A stretch of DNA of 64,000 nucleotides from Massalongia carnosa (taxonomy: Eukaryota), in NCBI GenBank assembly GCA_965645245.1, contig OZ287076.1, positions 1,860,001-1,924,000 of the forward strand, given 5' to 3'. Of the stretch, positions 38,510 to 50,628 are shown in pieces. Position numbers and translations under genes: made by a program. Position 1 is the first letter of the stretch. Every line of letters starts with the position of its first letter. Below the pieces are notes generated by a model, which saw nothing but the letters and a program-made list of their open reading frames with translations, made no database searches and was not told the origin of the DNA.

Positions 38510-39088
38510 GCTGAAGGAAGCACTGTACGAAGTCCGTTACGTTCTGGCTTTTATGTTATTGCCTAAACCTTCTCGGAACCAGATCTTTTGGTACAGAAAT
38601 GTACCTGCTACCTACCTCTCGATGTCTCTGAATCTCCCATAAGAACTCATCGAATTGTGCAAGTTTGCGATGATCTTTGCAACTAGCTGTACGGGGAATG
38701 CGTTAGGATTATAGAGTTGTGAGCTTAAGCGTTTTGTTCCAAATTAGTTTGATATCTTTACAGCCACTTCAATGCTTAGAAACCTCTTCTGCTCTGTTCT
38801 CCCTAATTAGGTAGATACTTAGCCAATGAGTTAGTTGAAGCCTTCAACTGAAAAAGACACTAATACATACTCCCACCCCTAATTTTATCATATCTTTTCT
38901 AAAAAAAACGGTTCAGATTTGGCTTGACCGTGCGTATAGAGTATAATCTCATTCCGATAGTAAAAACCCAGTGCAGCTGCCTGCGCAGGCAATACGTTAT
39001 TGATGAATGATAAATTCAGGTTTAGGTGAAATAGCATGATTGTCATTGAAGGTAATTATCTATGTGGGCTATTTGTCTGCTTTATATA

Positions 39089-42000
39089 TGTTGCGAATGC
39101 CAAGCCAGCTAGATCATATCTGACGTAATATGCGAATGCCCTCGCGTATTTTACTGATATGGGAATAGTTACATCTGAGAATTTCTGGTATCTTCGATGC
39201 TTAGAAATTCAGGTCTATAGACGTTCGAGGAGAATCTCGAATGTTCTATGATCAACATGTATATAACATCACTCCTACGCATAGCTTAGAGATCAGTCGC
39301 AATAATCTGAATTATTTCATTCATAGAAGTTCTGTACTATCCAGAGACTTCTGGCACTCTGCCACCTATTTTCTGTGCATTGGGTCCATCATTCTCCATC
39401 CATCCCTCCTATTTTAAACAGGTTATGAGCCCGGTTAGCCTATAGTGCTGCCGAGTGATTTTCTTGTGTTAGTTTCGAGGTTATACACAATGAGATGACG
39501 GACCAACGCGACTCCACAGACCCTAATACACCAGCAAGTATGACCAGCCCTTCCCCTCCTTCCTCTTCATCTTCTGGCCCCGATGGGCAGTATACAAAAG
39601 CGGTAAGGAAAGGGGATATAAGGGTAGAGCCCAAGCTAGGTGCCGATAATTATTTAACCTGGGCGGAAGAGATGTGGATTCAGCTTAAATCTATGAGAGT
39701 CCTCAAGTTAGTAGAAGGAAAAACCCCTCAACCAGATACAGTAACCCGACCAAAAGACTTTGACGAATGGGACCACGATGATACCAACGCATTGAAATGG
39801 ATACGGGCCAACTGTGAGAAAAGCCAATTGACTCACCTTCGAAACAAAACAACATCCAAAGCCGCCTGGGACGCTCTAAAGAAGGTCCATGGAGTCCACG
39901 CCAGAGGAAGAATCAACTATTTATTGAAGCGATTCTATACCTACAAGGCTGGATCCAGCGACTCTATCGATGATATAGCAGGGGCCCTTGAGACCTTACG
40001 AGTCCAGATTGCGGACATAAAATCGGAGTTTGAGCCTCACGATGCGTTGATGGCCATAGCCCTGATGAGTGCCGTGGAGGACCCTGCATTTGATACAACA
40101 AAGCTTTTATTGGAACGGGAACCCGAGCTTACCTTGGAAGCAACTAAGGAGGCCTTGAAAGCGACGGAGCAGCGACTAAAATTCGAAAAGGATGACTCTG
40201 TCGAGGATGCCTATCGAGCGAATGCAAAAAAGGGTAAAGGGCCACCAAAGAAGTGCGACCATTGCGGGAAACTTGGACATATCCGAATCTATTGCTGGAG
40301 CTGGCTCGATGACACCGACGAAGGCCAGGAATGGGAACGCACCCATCCTGAGCAACGGAGGAAACCGAAGTCCAAATCCGAAACATCAAAACCTGTACCC
40401 AAATTGAAATCACGGAGTACCACTAGGCCTACCTCCACGAGCAATACCAGTTCTTCCAACTTCAGTGGCCGAAGCAAAGGCACTGCCCGGCCGGCCAATG
40501 AAGAGGACTTTGACGATGGTGCCAGTGAGGATGAGGGGTGGATGGCCGTGGATATAAAAGAGGAGGTTATTGATGAGAAAGTTGAAAAATTAGAAGAAAT
40601 TTTTGAAGTCCGTGAAGGTGCGGAGGATAAAACTAGTGGCTGGATGCTAGACTCTGGTGCTTCACGTCATATGACCTATATGCGAAATATCTTCACGAAA
40701 TTCGAATACCACCGCACCCCAATTCGAATTGCTAATGGCCAGAGGCTTTGGAGCAAGGGTAAGGGTGATATTTCTGTGGATATCAATGGTGTTGCCATTC
40801 GCATGACCGACGTTTTATACGTACCCCAACTGGATGCAAACCTACTGTCTATTTCGGCATTAAACAAAAAGGGGTTAAATGTCTTGTTTCATGGAAAAGG
40901 TGTGGAGATCCTGCGGAAGGGTACCTCAGTGGCCAGCGGTTTTCTTAGAGGACGTACGTATTTCTTGCGGACCTCTCAGGTTGCCTTACAGGCATTCGCG
41001 GAAATCAGCGAAAATATCGAGGAAGCCAACCCCGAAGATCCTAAATCGTCGAACAAGCCTAAAATAACAGCAAGAGATTGCACGCGAGAAAAATCGGTAT
41101 CACCTGTAGGTCAAGAAAGGCCAGAAGAGCGTGAATACAGGCTGTGGCACGCCCGAATGGGTCACCCCAGCCCAAAACGACTCCAGGATTTATACCGCTA
41201 TGCGTCTGGAATAACTTCCTTTTCACCAACTGTTACACAACTTTCATGTTCTATCTGCAACTTTACCAAGTTAACTCGAGTGGTCAGTCACGAGCCGTTT
41301 TCGAAAACAGTCCGGCCATTGGCCAGGATTCACACGGATATCTGGGGCCCCTATCGTACGGCTAGCCTCGGAGGCCATTCGTACTTTATTTCATTGATTG
41401 ATGACTTTACACGGAAGTCCTGGCTAATTCTCCTTAAAAACCGACGAATCATTTATGGAGCTATCAAAGAGTGGATCAATGTCGTTGAAAGAGAAAAGAA
41501 TCAGCAGGTAATCAAATTCCGATGCGACAATGCTAAGGAGTACAAGAAATTCATGGAACTTATTCGACCCGATGGCATTCGCGCTGAACCCACTACACCG
41601 TATACTCCAGAACAGAATGGAGTTGCGGAACGATATAACCGAACAATCGTTCAAATGATTAGGTCCATGCTCGTATGGGCGAAATTGCCTCATTCCTTCT
41701 GGGGAGAAGCAGCAATGACTGCTAACTATCTCAGAAACCTCCTCCCTACCGCCAAAGTTAACCAGTCACCCGAAGAAAAATGGACGCAGCAAAAACCGGA
41801 CATCAGCCATCTACGCACCTTTGGCTGCTTGGTTCACGTTCATATCCCGAAGGAAAATCGATCCAAGCTGGATAAAGTATCCTGGCAAGGAATTTTCGTC
41901 GGATATCACTCTTCAAACCAATATCGCATTTATAATCCAAAAACGAGCAAGGTAGAATGGCATACTTCAATTAAGTTCCTAGAAAATACACCCGGCGGGA

Positions 42001-44583
42001 TCATTCTAGGAGGAGCAAAACCAAATGAGGATCGCGAGTTATTCGTACAGTCCGGCGTCACTAATGATGCTGACGACAATAGTACTGATAACGAGGATGA
42101 CACAAATAAACCTGATTCTGATCAAGTGGGAGCGCCTGAGGGTGTTCAAAATCAGGTTAGAGACGAAAATTCAGGAGGGGATTCAGGATCAAATCCTGAA
42201 AATCAGCAAGTTATCACTGATTCATCCCCTAATGCTTATCAGCGACCAGATGGTTCAACATTCCGGTCGCAAAATCATAATCGAAACTCTTCCACTCCTA
42301 CGAACCCTTCCACTTCCGTATCTTCATCAACCATCAATTCTTCTTCTTCCACTATACGAACCTCTGCTAATAAGCCTACTCGTCGATCAACGCGGGAGCG
42401 AAAGCCATTCGATAAGTACGGCTTCGATAAAGCACACGGGCATATAGCTCGGAAAGCAGACATGGACGCAAACCTAGACCAGAGTGGTCACAAGCAAGTT
42501 TATCAAACCCCCAAGCTATCCGAACCCCACTCCTATAAAGAAGCCATCAAATGCATTGACTGGCGTAAATGGCTAATAGCAATAGACGAGGAGCTTTGTG
42601 CCCTCATTGCTAATGGCACATGGGAGTATTGTAAGCGGCCGCATGGCAGAAATATCGTGACGTCCAAATGGGTATTCAAGATAAAATATACGGTCAACAA
42701 TTTCATAGACCGCTACAAGGCCCGCCTAGTTGCACGAGGATATACACAAATATTCGGCCTAGATTACGAGGAGACCTTTTCACCCACACTCCGTCAGGAA
42801 TCTTTGCGGATGCTTTTGTCGCTCGCAGCATACTTCGGGTTTGAAATCGAGCAAATGGATGTTCCGAATGCCTATCTTAAAGCGGATCTAGAAGAAATTA
42901 TTTACATGGAGATGCCCGAAGGCCTCACGCCACCACCAGGCTATGAAGACTGCGTATTACGACTACGGAAGGGCCTTTACGGATTGAAGCAATCTGGACG
43001 AGAGTGGAACAAAAGAATATCTAAATTCCTGCGTTCTATTGGCTATAAGACCCTCACAGGCGATAATTGCGTCTTTGTCAACCAAACCTCGCACGTAATC
43101 ATCGCGTTGTACGTAGATGATTTACTAATTTTCTCAAAGAGCAAGGCAGCGATCAAAGATGTCAAAGAGCTATTAAATCGTGAGTACAAAATGAAAGACC
43201 TAGGGCCAGCACAGTACGTGTTGGGTATTCGCATTCGACGTGAAGGAAAACGGGTTTTCCTCGATCAATCCAACTACATCAAGAACTTCCTTCGCGATTA
43301 CCAGATGGATAACGCCAATCCAGTACTAACACCACTCGACGGGAAAGAAAGCCTTACACCTGCAACGGCTGACGAGCCCAGAACCAATCAATTAGAATAT
43401 CAGAAGCGTATTGGCAGTGTCATGTACGCTATGGTAAGCACGAGGCCAGACCTCGCTTTTGCAGTTGGAAAACTCAGTCAGTACACGCATGATCCAGCCA
43501 TGAGGCACCGAACAGCCCTTGACCGAGTCCTCAAATATCTCAAAGGGACAGCCGACCTAGCCCTCGTATACGACCATAACCGTAACGGTGATCTCATTAG
43601 CTTTGCGGATGCCGCATACGGCGATGACGTCAATGACCGCAAGTCAACCTACGGGCATACAATGTTATTGGGCAATGGGGCAGTGATTTGGGCAAGCAAG
43701 AAGCAACGATCAGTGGTTACGTCAACAATGGAGGCAGAATATTCATCCATGTGCCAAGCAGGCAAGGATATCGTATGGGTGACAAGGTGGATGAATGAAT
43801 TGGGATTTGGCAAGCATATGAACTTCCCGATCAAGCTGAACGGTGATAATCAGGGAACCCTCGACTTGATCAGAAACCCCGAGCATCATAGCCGATCAAA
43901 ACACATAGACATCCAACTCCACTACCTTCGCGAAGTCATCAACGATGGCTATGCTTCAACTGGTCACGTATCCACACACGAGATGATAGCTGATATATTC
44001 ACCAAGCCCTTGGGAGCAACCATGTTCAAAGAACTACGAGCCAAGCTTGGTGTGCAAGAGGTGGAATAAGAAAAGGGGAACACAGGCTCAGTGGGAGCTA
44101 ATGGACCAAATCAGATTGCACACAACAGGTCCAAACCAAATTCAAATTGCATACGGAAGAGGTGAATTGACATAGATTGATAAACGGTTTAGGAGTTAGG
44201 GATACAGGTATTTTTTCTGTTAAAATTTCTCAGCTGACTTTGCAGTGGGAGTGTTGCGAATGCCAAGCCAGCTAGATCATATCTGACGTAATATGCGAAT
44301 GCCCTCGCGTATTTTACTGATATGGGAATAGTTACATCTGAGAATTTCTGGTATCTTCGATGCTTAGAAATTCAGGTCTATAGACGTTCGAGGAGAATCT
44401 CGAATGTTCTATGATCAACATGTATATAACATCACTCCTACGCATAGCTTAGAGATCAGTCGCAATAATCTGAATTATTTCATTCATAGAAGTTCTGTAC
44501 TATCCAGAGACTTCTGGCACTCTGCCACCTATTTTCTGTGCATTGGGTCCATCATTCTCCATCCATCCCTCCTATTTTAAACA
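39089..44583 (+). mobile_element. Ty1/copia LTR retrotransposon 2, full length and apparently intact
   Basis: 332-bp LTRs 39089-39420 and 44252-44583 with no differences seen; TSD ATATA; PBS GGTTATGAGCCC. Confidence 0.98.
39495..44069 (+). CDS. Copia gag-pol polyprotein (1524 aa, uninterrupted)
   Basis: CDHCGKLGHIRIYC, WMLDSGASRHMT, WHARMGH, IHTDIWGP, RCDNAKEY, QNGVAER, KARLVARG, YVDD, FADAAY, SKHIDI. Confidence 0.97.
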   Translation: MTDQRDSTDPNTPASMTSPSPPSSSSSGPDGQYTKAVRKGDIRVEPKLGADNYLTWAEEMWIQLKSMRVLKLVEGKTPQPDTVTRPKDFDEWDHDDTNALKWIRANCEKSQLTHLRNKTTSKAAWDALKKVHGVHARGRINYLLKRFYTYKAGSSDSIDDIAGALETLRVQIADIKSEFEPHDALMAIALMSAVEDPAFDTTKLLLEREPELTLEATKEALKATEQRLKFEKDDSVEDAYRANAKKGKGPPKKCDHCGKLGHIRIYCWSWLDDTDEGQEWERTHPEQRRKPKSKSETSKPVPKLKSRSTTRPTSTSNTSSSNFSGRSKGTARPANEEDFDDGASEDEGWMAVDIKEEVIDEKVEKLEEIFEVREGAEDKTSGWMLDSGASRHMTYMRNIFTKFEYHRTPIRIANGQRLWSKGKGDISVDINGVAIRMTDVLYVPQLDANLLSISALNKKGLNVLFHGKGVEILRKGTSVASGFLRGRTYFLRTSQVALQAFAEISENIEEANPEDPKSSNKPKITARDCTREKSVSPVGQERPEEREYRLWHARMGHPSPKRLQDLYRYASGITSFSPTVTQLSCSICNFTKLTRVVSHEPFSKTVRPLARIHTDIWGPYRTASLGGHSYFISLIDDFTRKSWLILLKNRRIIYGAIKEWINVVEREKNQQVIKFRCDNAKEYKKFMELIRPDGIRAEPTTPYTPEQNGVAERYNRTIVQMIRSMLVWAKLPHSFWGEAAMTANYLRNLLPTAKVNQSPEEKWTQQKPDISHLRTFGCLVHVHIPKENRSKLDKVSWQGIFVGYHSSNQYRIYNPKTSKVEWHTSIKFLENTPGGIILGGAKPNEDRELFVQSGVTNDADDNSTDNEDDTNKPDSDQVGAPEGVQNQVRDENSGGDSGSNPENQQVITDSSPNAYQRPDGSTFRSQNHNRNSSTPTNPSTSVSSSTINSSSSTIRTSANKPTRRSTRERKPFDKYGFDKAHGHIARKADMDANLDQSGHKQVYQTPKLSEPHSYKEAIKCIDWRKWLIAIDEELCALIANGTWEYCKRPHGRNIVTSKWVFKIKYTVNNFIDRYKARLVARGYTQIFGLDYEETFSPTLRQESLRMLLSLAAYFGFEIEQMDVPNAYLKADLEEIIYMEMPEGLTPPPGYEDCVLRLRKGLYGLKQSGREWNKRISKFLRSIGYKTLTGDNCVFVNQTSHVIIALYVDDLLIFSKSKAAIKDVKELLNREYKMKDLGPAQYVLGIRIRREGKRVFLDQSNYIKNFLRDYQMDNANPVLTPLDGKESLTPATADEPRTNQLEYQKRIGSVMYAMVSTRPDLAFAVGKLSQYTHDPAMRHRTALDRVLKYLKGTADLALVYDHNRNGDLISFADAAYGDDVNDRKSTYGHTMLLGNGAVIWASKKQRSVVTSTMEAEYSSMCQAGKDIVWVTRWMNELGFGKHMNFPIKLNGDNQGTLDLIRNPEHHSRSKHIDIQLHYLREVINDGYASTGHVSTHEMIADIFTKPLGATMFKELRAKLGVQEVE

Positions 44584-44805
44584 ATATAGCACTCACAAAA
44601 CAGTCCATATCTGCTTGTTTAGGCACTTTGCCAGGCACCTCCCGGAGCTCATGATGGATGCCCATATTGATGGTGGCCTCATCATCTAACATCTAACATT
44701 TATCATCAGACTACATGAGTAACATCGACTGCCATAGCGACGAGCAACCATCCCCATCCCTGTTATTGTGGTCTCTGCCACACTAATGCTCTAGCATCTT
44801 CACTT

Positions 44806-44849
<44 letters not shown>

Positions 44850-47800
44850 TGGAAGATTTTCTTGGGTATCTAGCTTAGGCGTTGGGGTTAGGAATGAGAC
44901 GGGTTTGCCGGATTTAGCTACGATAGGATTACGGTATGGCAAGACAAGTCTGTCAGACAGAAATAGTATTCAGGAGCTCAACATTCCTGAACGATGTATG
45001 ATTTTTAAGAGCATCTTCACCATCTTGACATGGCCAAGGTAGTACGCTTGGAGCAGAGTGGGCTCGAGCTGTTCTGCAAGAGGAATGCATGCCTGGAGAC
45101 CTTTCCCAACATTTAGGCGGAGCTCTCAATATCGCTAGGAAAGATACATGTTCTACAGGAAACGTTTGGTTGCGAGGTAGTTTATAGAGGGGGTGTGTCC
45201 CTCGTTATTTGAATCCTAGGGTAGAAATCCCGTGGGTATCTCTTTAGCTGTTGCAAGAAGTCGACATCATGAGCTGCGTTATGGGGGTTTTCGTTTTAAA
45301 GTCTTCATGTTAGGCTAGGTTATGGAAGGCAGAACTCAAAGTTGGGCACCGTAGCTGTGCCGGCGATCTAGGCTTTCTCTTCGAAAGCTGGCTATAATAT
45401 AAACGCGGCGAATGGATCTTGGGATCCAGCCTTGTAATTGGTATGGAATGTAGTAATCTTTGATCCTATACTCAAATCCCTATGAAATGACCTGAGGTCC
45501 CTATTCCCAGAAGGCCACATGGCTCATCAACACCAACTTCAGGCGGAGTTTCTCTGATTCAAGTTTCGCTAATAGCAAAACAGAGAAAGGCGACACAACC
45601 TTTAGCGGCTCAAAAACTAGACCCCTTAAGACTGAATTAGGAGGGAGAAAGATCCTACTTATTAGCGTCGGATGGCTGCGACATAAAGAGTAATTACTAT
45701 TGATTGGGATGATGTGAAAGCAAGCAGTTCTGTCGTTTTTGCTGAATTTTTATAGCACTGCCGTATAATTGAACGATTGTCGTTCAGCCTGGAGTTTTAT
45801 CCACATCCAAGCGGGTACTATTATTATCGAACGTAATGGCGTCTCCCTTTTCTCCAATCCAAAGTAGACACTTGGAATAGGAAGGTCGTATGGAAACCTT
45901 CCCGTTCGAGATCAGTCTTGAGTTGAGCTCCGAATTTTGATTGTAAAGTTTCGATGATATCTTCTGCTAAGGTTTTTCAATATTTACGAGTCATAGCGCC
46001 AGAAAAAGGCTCTGTAAAAGTTCGACAGGAGAAAACGAAACCCAGGGAGAGCTATTCTGGTCATGTCTCCTGCACCCGAAAAATCATAACAATAGGTGTT
46101 CATCTACAACACCACAGCGTCAACCACTATGGAGCTGGAAGTACTATCATTAATCATGGCAAATGTAGCATTGTCCAATATGATGTAGACGCCGGACTAT
46201 TTTTACCTGTCCGCTGCAACTATCAGCAATTGGCAGCCATCAAAAAGTAATAGGCTATCAATGGCTGCTTACGATATAGATACAAGGCAGCTTCTTCAAG
46301 GTTATCTTATTGTTGAAAGCTGTTTTTGGCAGCGTGCTCATAACTCGCTCTTTGATATTTTTCACGCTTTTCGTTGTACTTGAACGACGAAAGCATTCCC
46401 AAAATCCGTTGATGTTCCTCATCCGGTCTTATCAACCGGGCCTAAAGAGGGTGGACTAATAAAAGGCAGACCCTCCTAGCCCTTATTTACCTATGGTTGT
46501 CTAAATGCCTTAATAGCCCTTGAACTCATCGCTTTGATCATTTATGAAAGTCTAGTTTTCTCGTCCATATTTTTGCGATGAACGTAGAACTCGTTTCTCT
46601 TATCGGAAGATAGATTTTGGCTCTGCACGATGTTTAGAATAAGAGGGATATATATAAATCTGAAAGACTCTAGGCTATTCTTTTCTAGCTGACAAAAAAG
46701 CTTTTCGCACGCCTAAACCCTGGGACGGACATTATTAGTTTGTCAGGCTTGCTATTGTATATGCCTAATCTAGAGCTAGCTATCCATCCACGGATGTAAA
46801 CATACCTGCCTGTGTTAAGAAATGTTCTGTTAGAAGAAGTACATGAATCGTGTTTGCGTAAACGCAGTCGGTTGTCGTTGCTTCATAAGAGAAGTATACT
46901 TTATGTGAGATCTGTCAGTCATCGTTTCGTTCAAAGTCTTCCGGGCCGGGCCATCCCGGAGAAAGTTGCAGCCGAGATAGCTAGCCGAAACTGCAGAGAA
47001 TTCATGCCTAGCGGGAAACCTTTTCTTGACGACATTGTCCCTTCTTGTATCCAAAATTCATAAAAGCTTCTCCAGGTGAATCTAGCAGCCATGATCCCCC
47101 CCCTTCTCTCGTCCAAATAACATGGTTTTTCCTGCATTACAGATTCTTTTGGACGTATCTGTGTGGTATGACTGATGATCACCCATGTGGCCGTGGCTGA
47201 CATTGTTCCGTAGAAGCCTCCCATTGCTTTGTGCTCTTCGTTGGAGCAGAGCAATGCAACTGGAAGAGCGATGCCGTATCCAGAAGGATCAAAGCTCCAG
47301 TCTGCAGGGTTATCTTGAATTTCTAAAAAGATGGTCCAAATGGGAAACGCATGGCGCTTGCCAGCTGCCATACCTCAGTAGTGTTCATATTCTTTATACT
47401 TCAAGAATTTCTTTTTCCAAGTGTTATTCCATTCATGATTTAAGCAAGCATGTCTGCCTTTCAATGATCGGGTGCTAGTGATGGAGGCCTTTTTGATGCT
47501 TGAACGTTGGCATCACAGGAGCGCTATCAATTGCAGAAGACTTTGTACTTTCTGGTTGTTAGAAATACCTTATTTGCATTATTTATTTTAGTTTGGTTTA
47601 TTCTTGCTGCTTGCTTTGAGTGTTCGAGTTTATTTTTAAATAATCTTATGTGAAATATATAAGAAGTTTGAAGGGGTGTAGAGAACGGAAAAGCGACTTT
47701 CTCAAGCGCTGGATAACTTCAATTAGAGATTTTATTAGTGGGATCGGTGTTCCGCTTGGTTAATCTTATTGATAGGCGGTGTTCGCGTTTTTATGTTACT

Positions 47801-47891
47801 GAATGTTAATCTTAACAACAGCGAACATTTGCGACCCCTAACCTTTAACTTTACAAAACTTTTGGCTATCCAAACAAGGACTACCTGAGCT

Positions 47892-49096
47892 ATGAGCTAC
47901 GTATACCGTAAGTTATTGTTGCTTTGTCGTGGAATGATCTTGATACTGATACTTCTGAAGCCGATCCAACCACAGCGAATTCATCCTCGTCACATCCCTA
48001 CTACTGCAAACCATATCTTTCACAGGGCCATGGAGGCTCCGAAAACGAAAGGTCCTATCATCTCGATACAGAAAATAAGCCTGCTGTGACGTGCTCAGAG
48101 CCTGGTCTGAATAGTTCGGCTGGTAATTTTCATCGAAGTTTAGGAATAACTACAAATAATGATTCGACAACAGACTATCCAGCCTATCCTTCTTCAGTCT
48201 ACGACCCTGCTCTTTTAGAAGGGTCTCCTAACAATAATGTAAACTTTACTTATGACGAGGAGGAGGCTAGTCGTCGTTCTACTACCGGATTGATGGAAGA
48301 TAGCGCTAGTGCGGGGAATTCTACCACAATTCCCACTTTAGCTGATATTGAACAATCCCAATTGGCAATAGGTTTAATACCCGAAGCTGATTTCGCACGT
48401 GCCTTCTCGCAGCCTTACGATATAATGTGGATCGAAAATCATGGGCTCGATGCGTCTCAGCTTCAGTTTCCACAAAGCTCAGCTAAATTTCCGAAACTCT
48501 TCTTAGATGGGGTACTTCAGGTCAACGACAGGTTCGAGCTGATTGGCGACCAAATAACGGCAATGGATGATTTAGGCTCCGAGGCAGTGGTCAGTGGACT
48601 TAACGTGGTCAACCAGCGAATGCTAACGAAGGCTCAGGTGGTCAGTGTGTCAAAATCCTCCCATTGGTATCCAGATCTCCGAATTACCTTTCAAGGAATG
48701 CCCGCCGAAAGCTCCATTACCCTGAGCTGCAAAGGGCCCATGGATATGTACACCGCAATGACACAGAAAGACCCTCGCCTCTCCGGGTCGTTCGGCGCTT
48801 CGGTGTGGACCCGGTTCATGGTCTGGCGCAACGAGGTCAGTTTGGGCACGCTTGCGGACGTGCGGGCGATATGGCACCTTTGGATCTTGCAAATCGACGA
48901 GTGGGCGATTCGCAACAGCCAGGCCCGTCGCTCACGCCGCGTTCGCGCCACAGAGGGGATCAGATGGAGCAAGGGTGCGTACTATGCGCCAGGCCCGGAC
49001 GGGACCATGGTGCCTCTCGCAAACCAGGTACCGTTTGCGCTGTCCAGTCAGCGTAGGCGCAGAAAGAAGGGCGGTTTGGGCTCAGGCCGTGTCTGA
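47892..49096 (+). CDS. Hypothetical nuclear protein with a RAMA-like domain (exons 47892-47907, 47961-48589, 48638-49096)
   Basis: Intron GTAAGT..CTGAT..AAG (47908-47960) links the ATG at 47892 in frame. Probable in-frame 48-nt intron GTCAGT..GCTAAC..CAG. Motifs KFPKLFLDGVLQVND and WTRFMVWRNEVSLGTLADVR; basic tail RRRRKK. Confidence 0.65.
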
Positions 49097-49641
49097 GGCA
49101 GGGAGGCCGGAAGCGGCACGGTTGTTTCTCTCAATGTAATCTCCCACTGCGAGGAAGTACTTCACCGGCGATCAGGGAAGTAAGATGCTGTATATTAGGT
49201 TGAGCTATTCTGCTTAAGATGCTGTATGTATGTTAGGCTGGGGTATTGCGATGAATTCGCTGTAATTGAGAGCGCTTGATTATTGATAGACACGTTCACG
49301 ATTCCCGGCTACGTACAATCCCAACCCTAGTTAGCCCACTCGACTATCCACACCCGAAGTTTCCCATGTTATTTCGTTACCCCATAACAGTGAGCCATAT
49401 ATTCCATAGACGACATACCCCCCTTCCTCCTTCTTCCCCCCCAAACCCCAAGTATCTCCAACCAAAATCGCGTCTGCTTTCCCACACCAGCCACCCCCGC
49501 TCCAGCCGACCAGCCAACCCCCTACGGCTCCACAAGACAGCCCCAAAACAGCTCCCGGACGGGTCTTCGCCGACTCCCGGATTCGGTGCAGGACTTGCCG
49601 GTAATCCGCCACTTGGAACGTCGGCGGGAAGCGCACGGGTA

Positions 49642-50010
49642 CGGACACTCCTGGTGGAGCAGCTAAGGACTTGGCATGTGTATTCGGAACACCCACTTAT
49701 TCGGAACTAACAAAACCACGAAACTTACTCTCAACCATTATCTCTTCTACAACTTATTGAAGAAAACCCTAAAGCCGATTTAATAAGGCAAAGGGTATTA
49801 TAATTATTATTATAGCAGATTATCGATAAATTACATCGCTGAAATGGCTTCTTCTCGACAGTTTCGAGTTACAAAATCGGGATTGCGTATTACCTTGAAA
49901 GACGAGGTTAGAGAACGTTTAAAACAGGCTGTTAAGGTCTATGAAGAGGCAGAAGGGTCGTTATCTATTACGCAAGCTGCTTGACTTCATGCGATATCGA
50001 AAACAACATC
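49642..50010 (+). mobile_element. 5' fragment of a Fot1/pogo-like transposon
   Basis: ATG at 49844 leads to the HTH-like LKQAVKVYEEAEGSLSITQAA*LHAISKTT, cut off at a MULE terminus. The left end follows TA and has repeated TATTCGGAAC. Confidence 0.6.
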
Positions 50011-50628
50011 GAGAAGACTCGGGACAGTCCCCACCCCAGTGAAAATCATTCCAAATTAGGACTAGCTACAAGTCACCTCCCCATACTAAATAGTTCCTCT
50101 AAATTAGCTGATTTAGCTTAGCCCTGCATTCTGAAAAATCCTCATCTATTCATACTACTATTATTACTACTACTCCTACCACTCATTGCGATGATCTCAA
50201 TTCCAAAAATGCATCACCTAATTGCGAAACATCATCCTATCTAGGCTTCATAGTCTTAGCAACCTTTCTTGCAGCTGCGCTTTTCCTCTCCTCAGCCCTT
50301 GCCTGTTTGGCCCGCTTTGGTCGGCCCTCTGCTGAGACTCCAACTCCAACTGAGCCTTCGACTTTTCTACCACACCCCGTGACCCTCGTGTTGTTGTTGC
50401 AGACGATGTGAACGGTAGCTGGCTAGCACGGATGTTTTTTTGACTGAGGCTATAAAGGGAAGGAGTTTTTGAAGAGGGAACCGTTTGGGAAAGATCCTTT
50501 TGGTTATGTTTGGCAGCACTTCATCAATATCTTCAAATAAATCGGAAGAAGATGCCGGAGATGGAGGGATTAAATCATCATCCTCATTCAGAGGGAGTGG
50601 AGGATCGGGAGTAGGCTGAGTTGCTATA
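50011..50628 (-). mobile_element. 3' end of a Mutator-like (MULE) element
   Basis: Terminus GAGAAGACTCGGGACAGTCCCC resembles the one at 56714. The minus strand encodes RKVAKTMKPR*DDVSQLGDAFLELRSSQ*, homologous to the C-terminus at 58100-58214. Confidence 0.75.

Noticed and set aside
44790..47500. Possible decayed minus-strand gene (ankyrin-like LLQAYYLGHVKMVKMLL near 45030, acidic GAT run)
   Set aside because: Too fragmented to build a model or name a family by eye.
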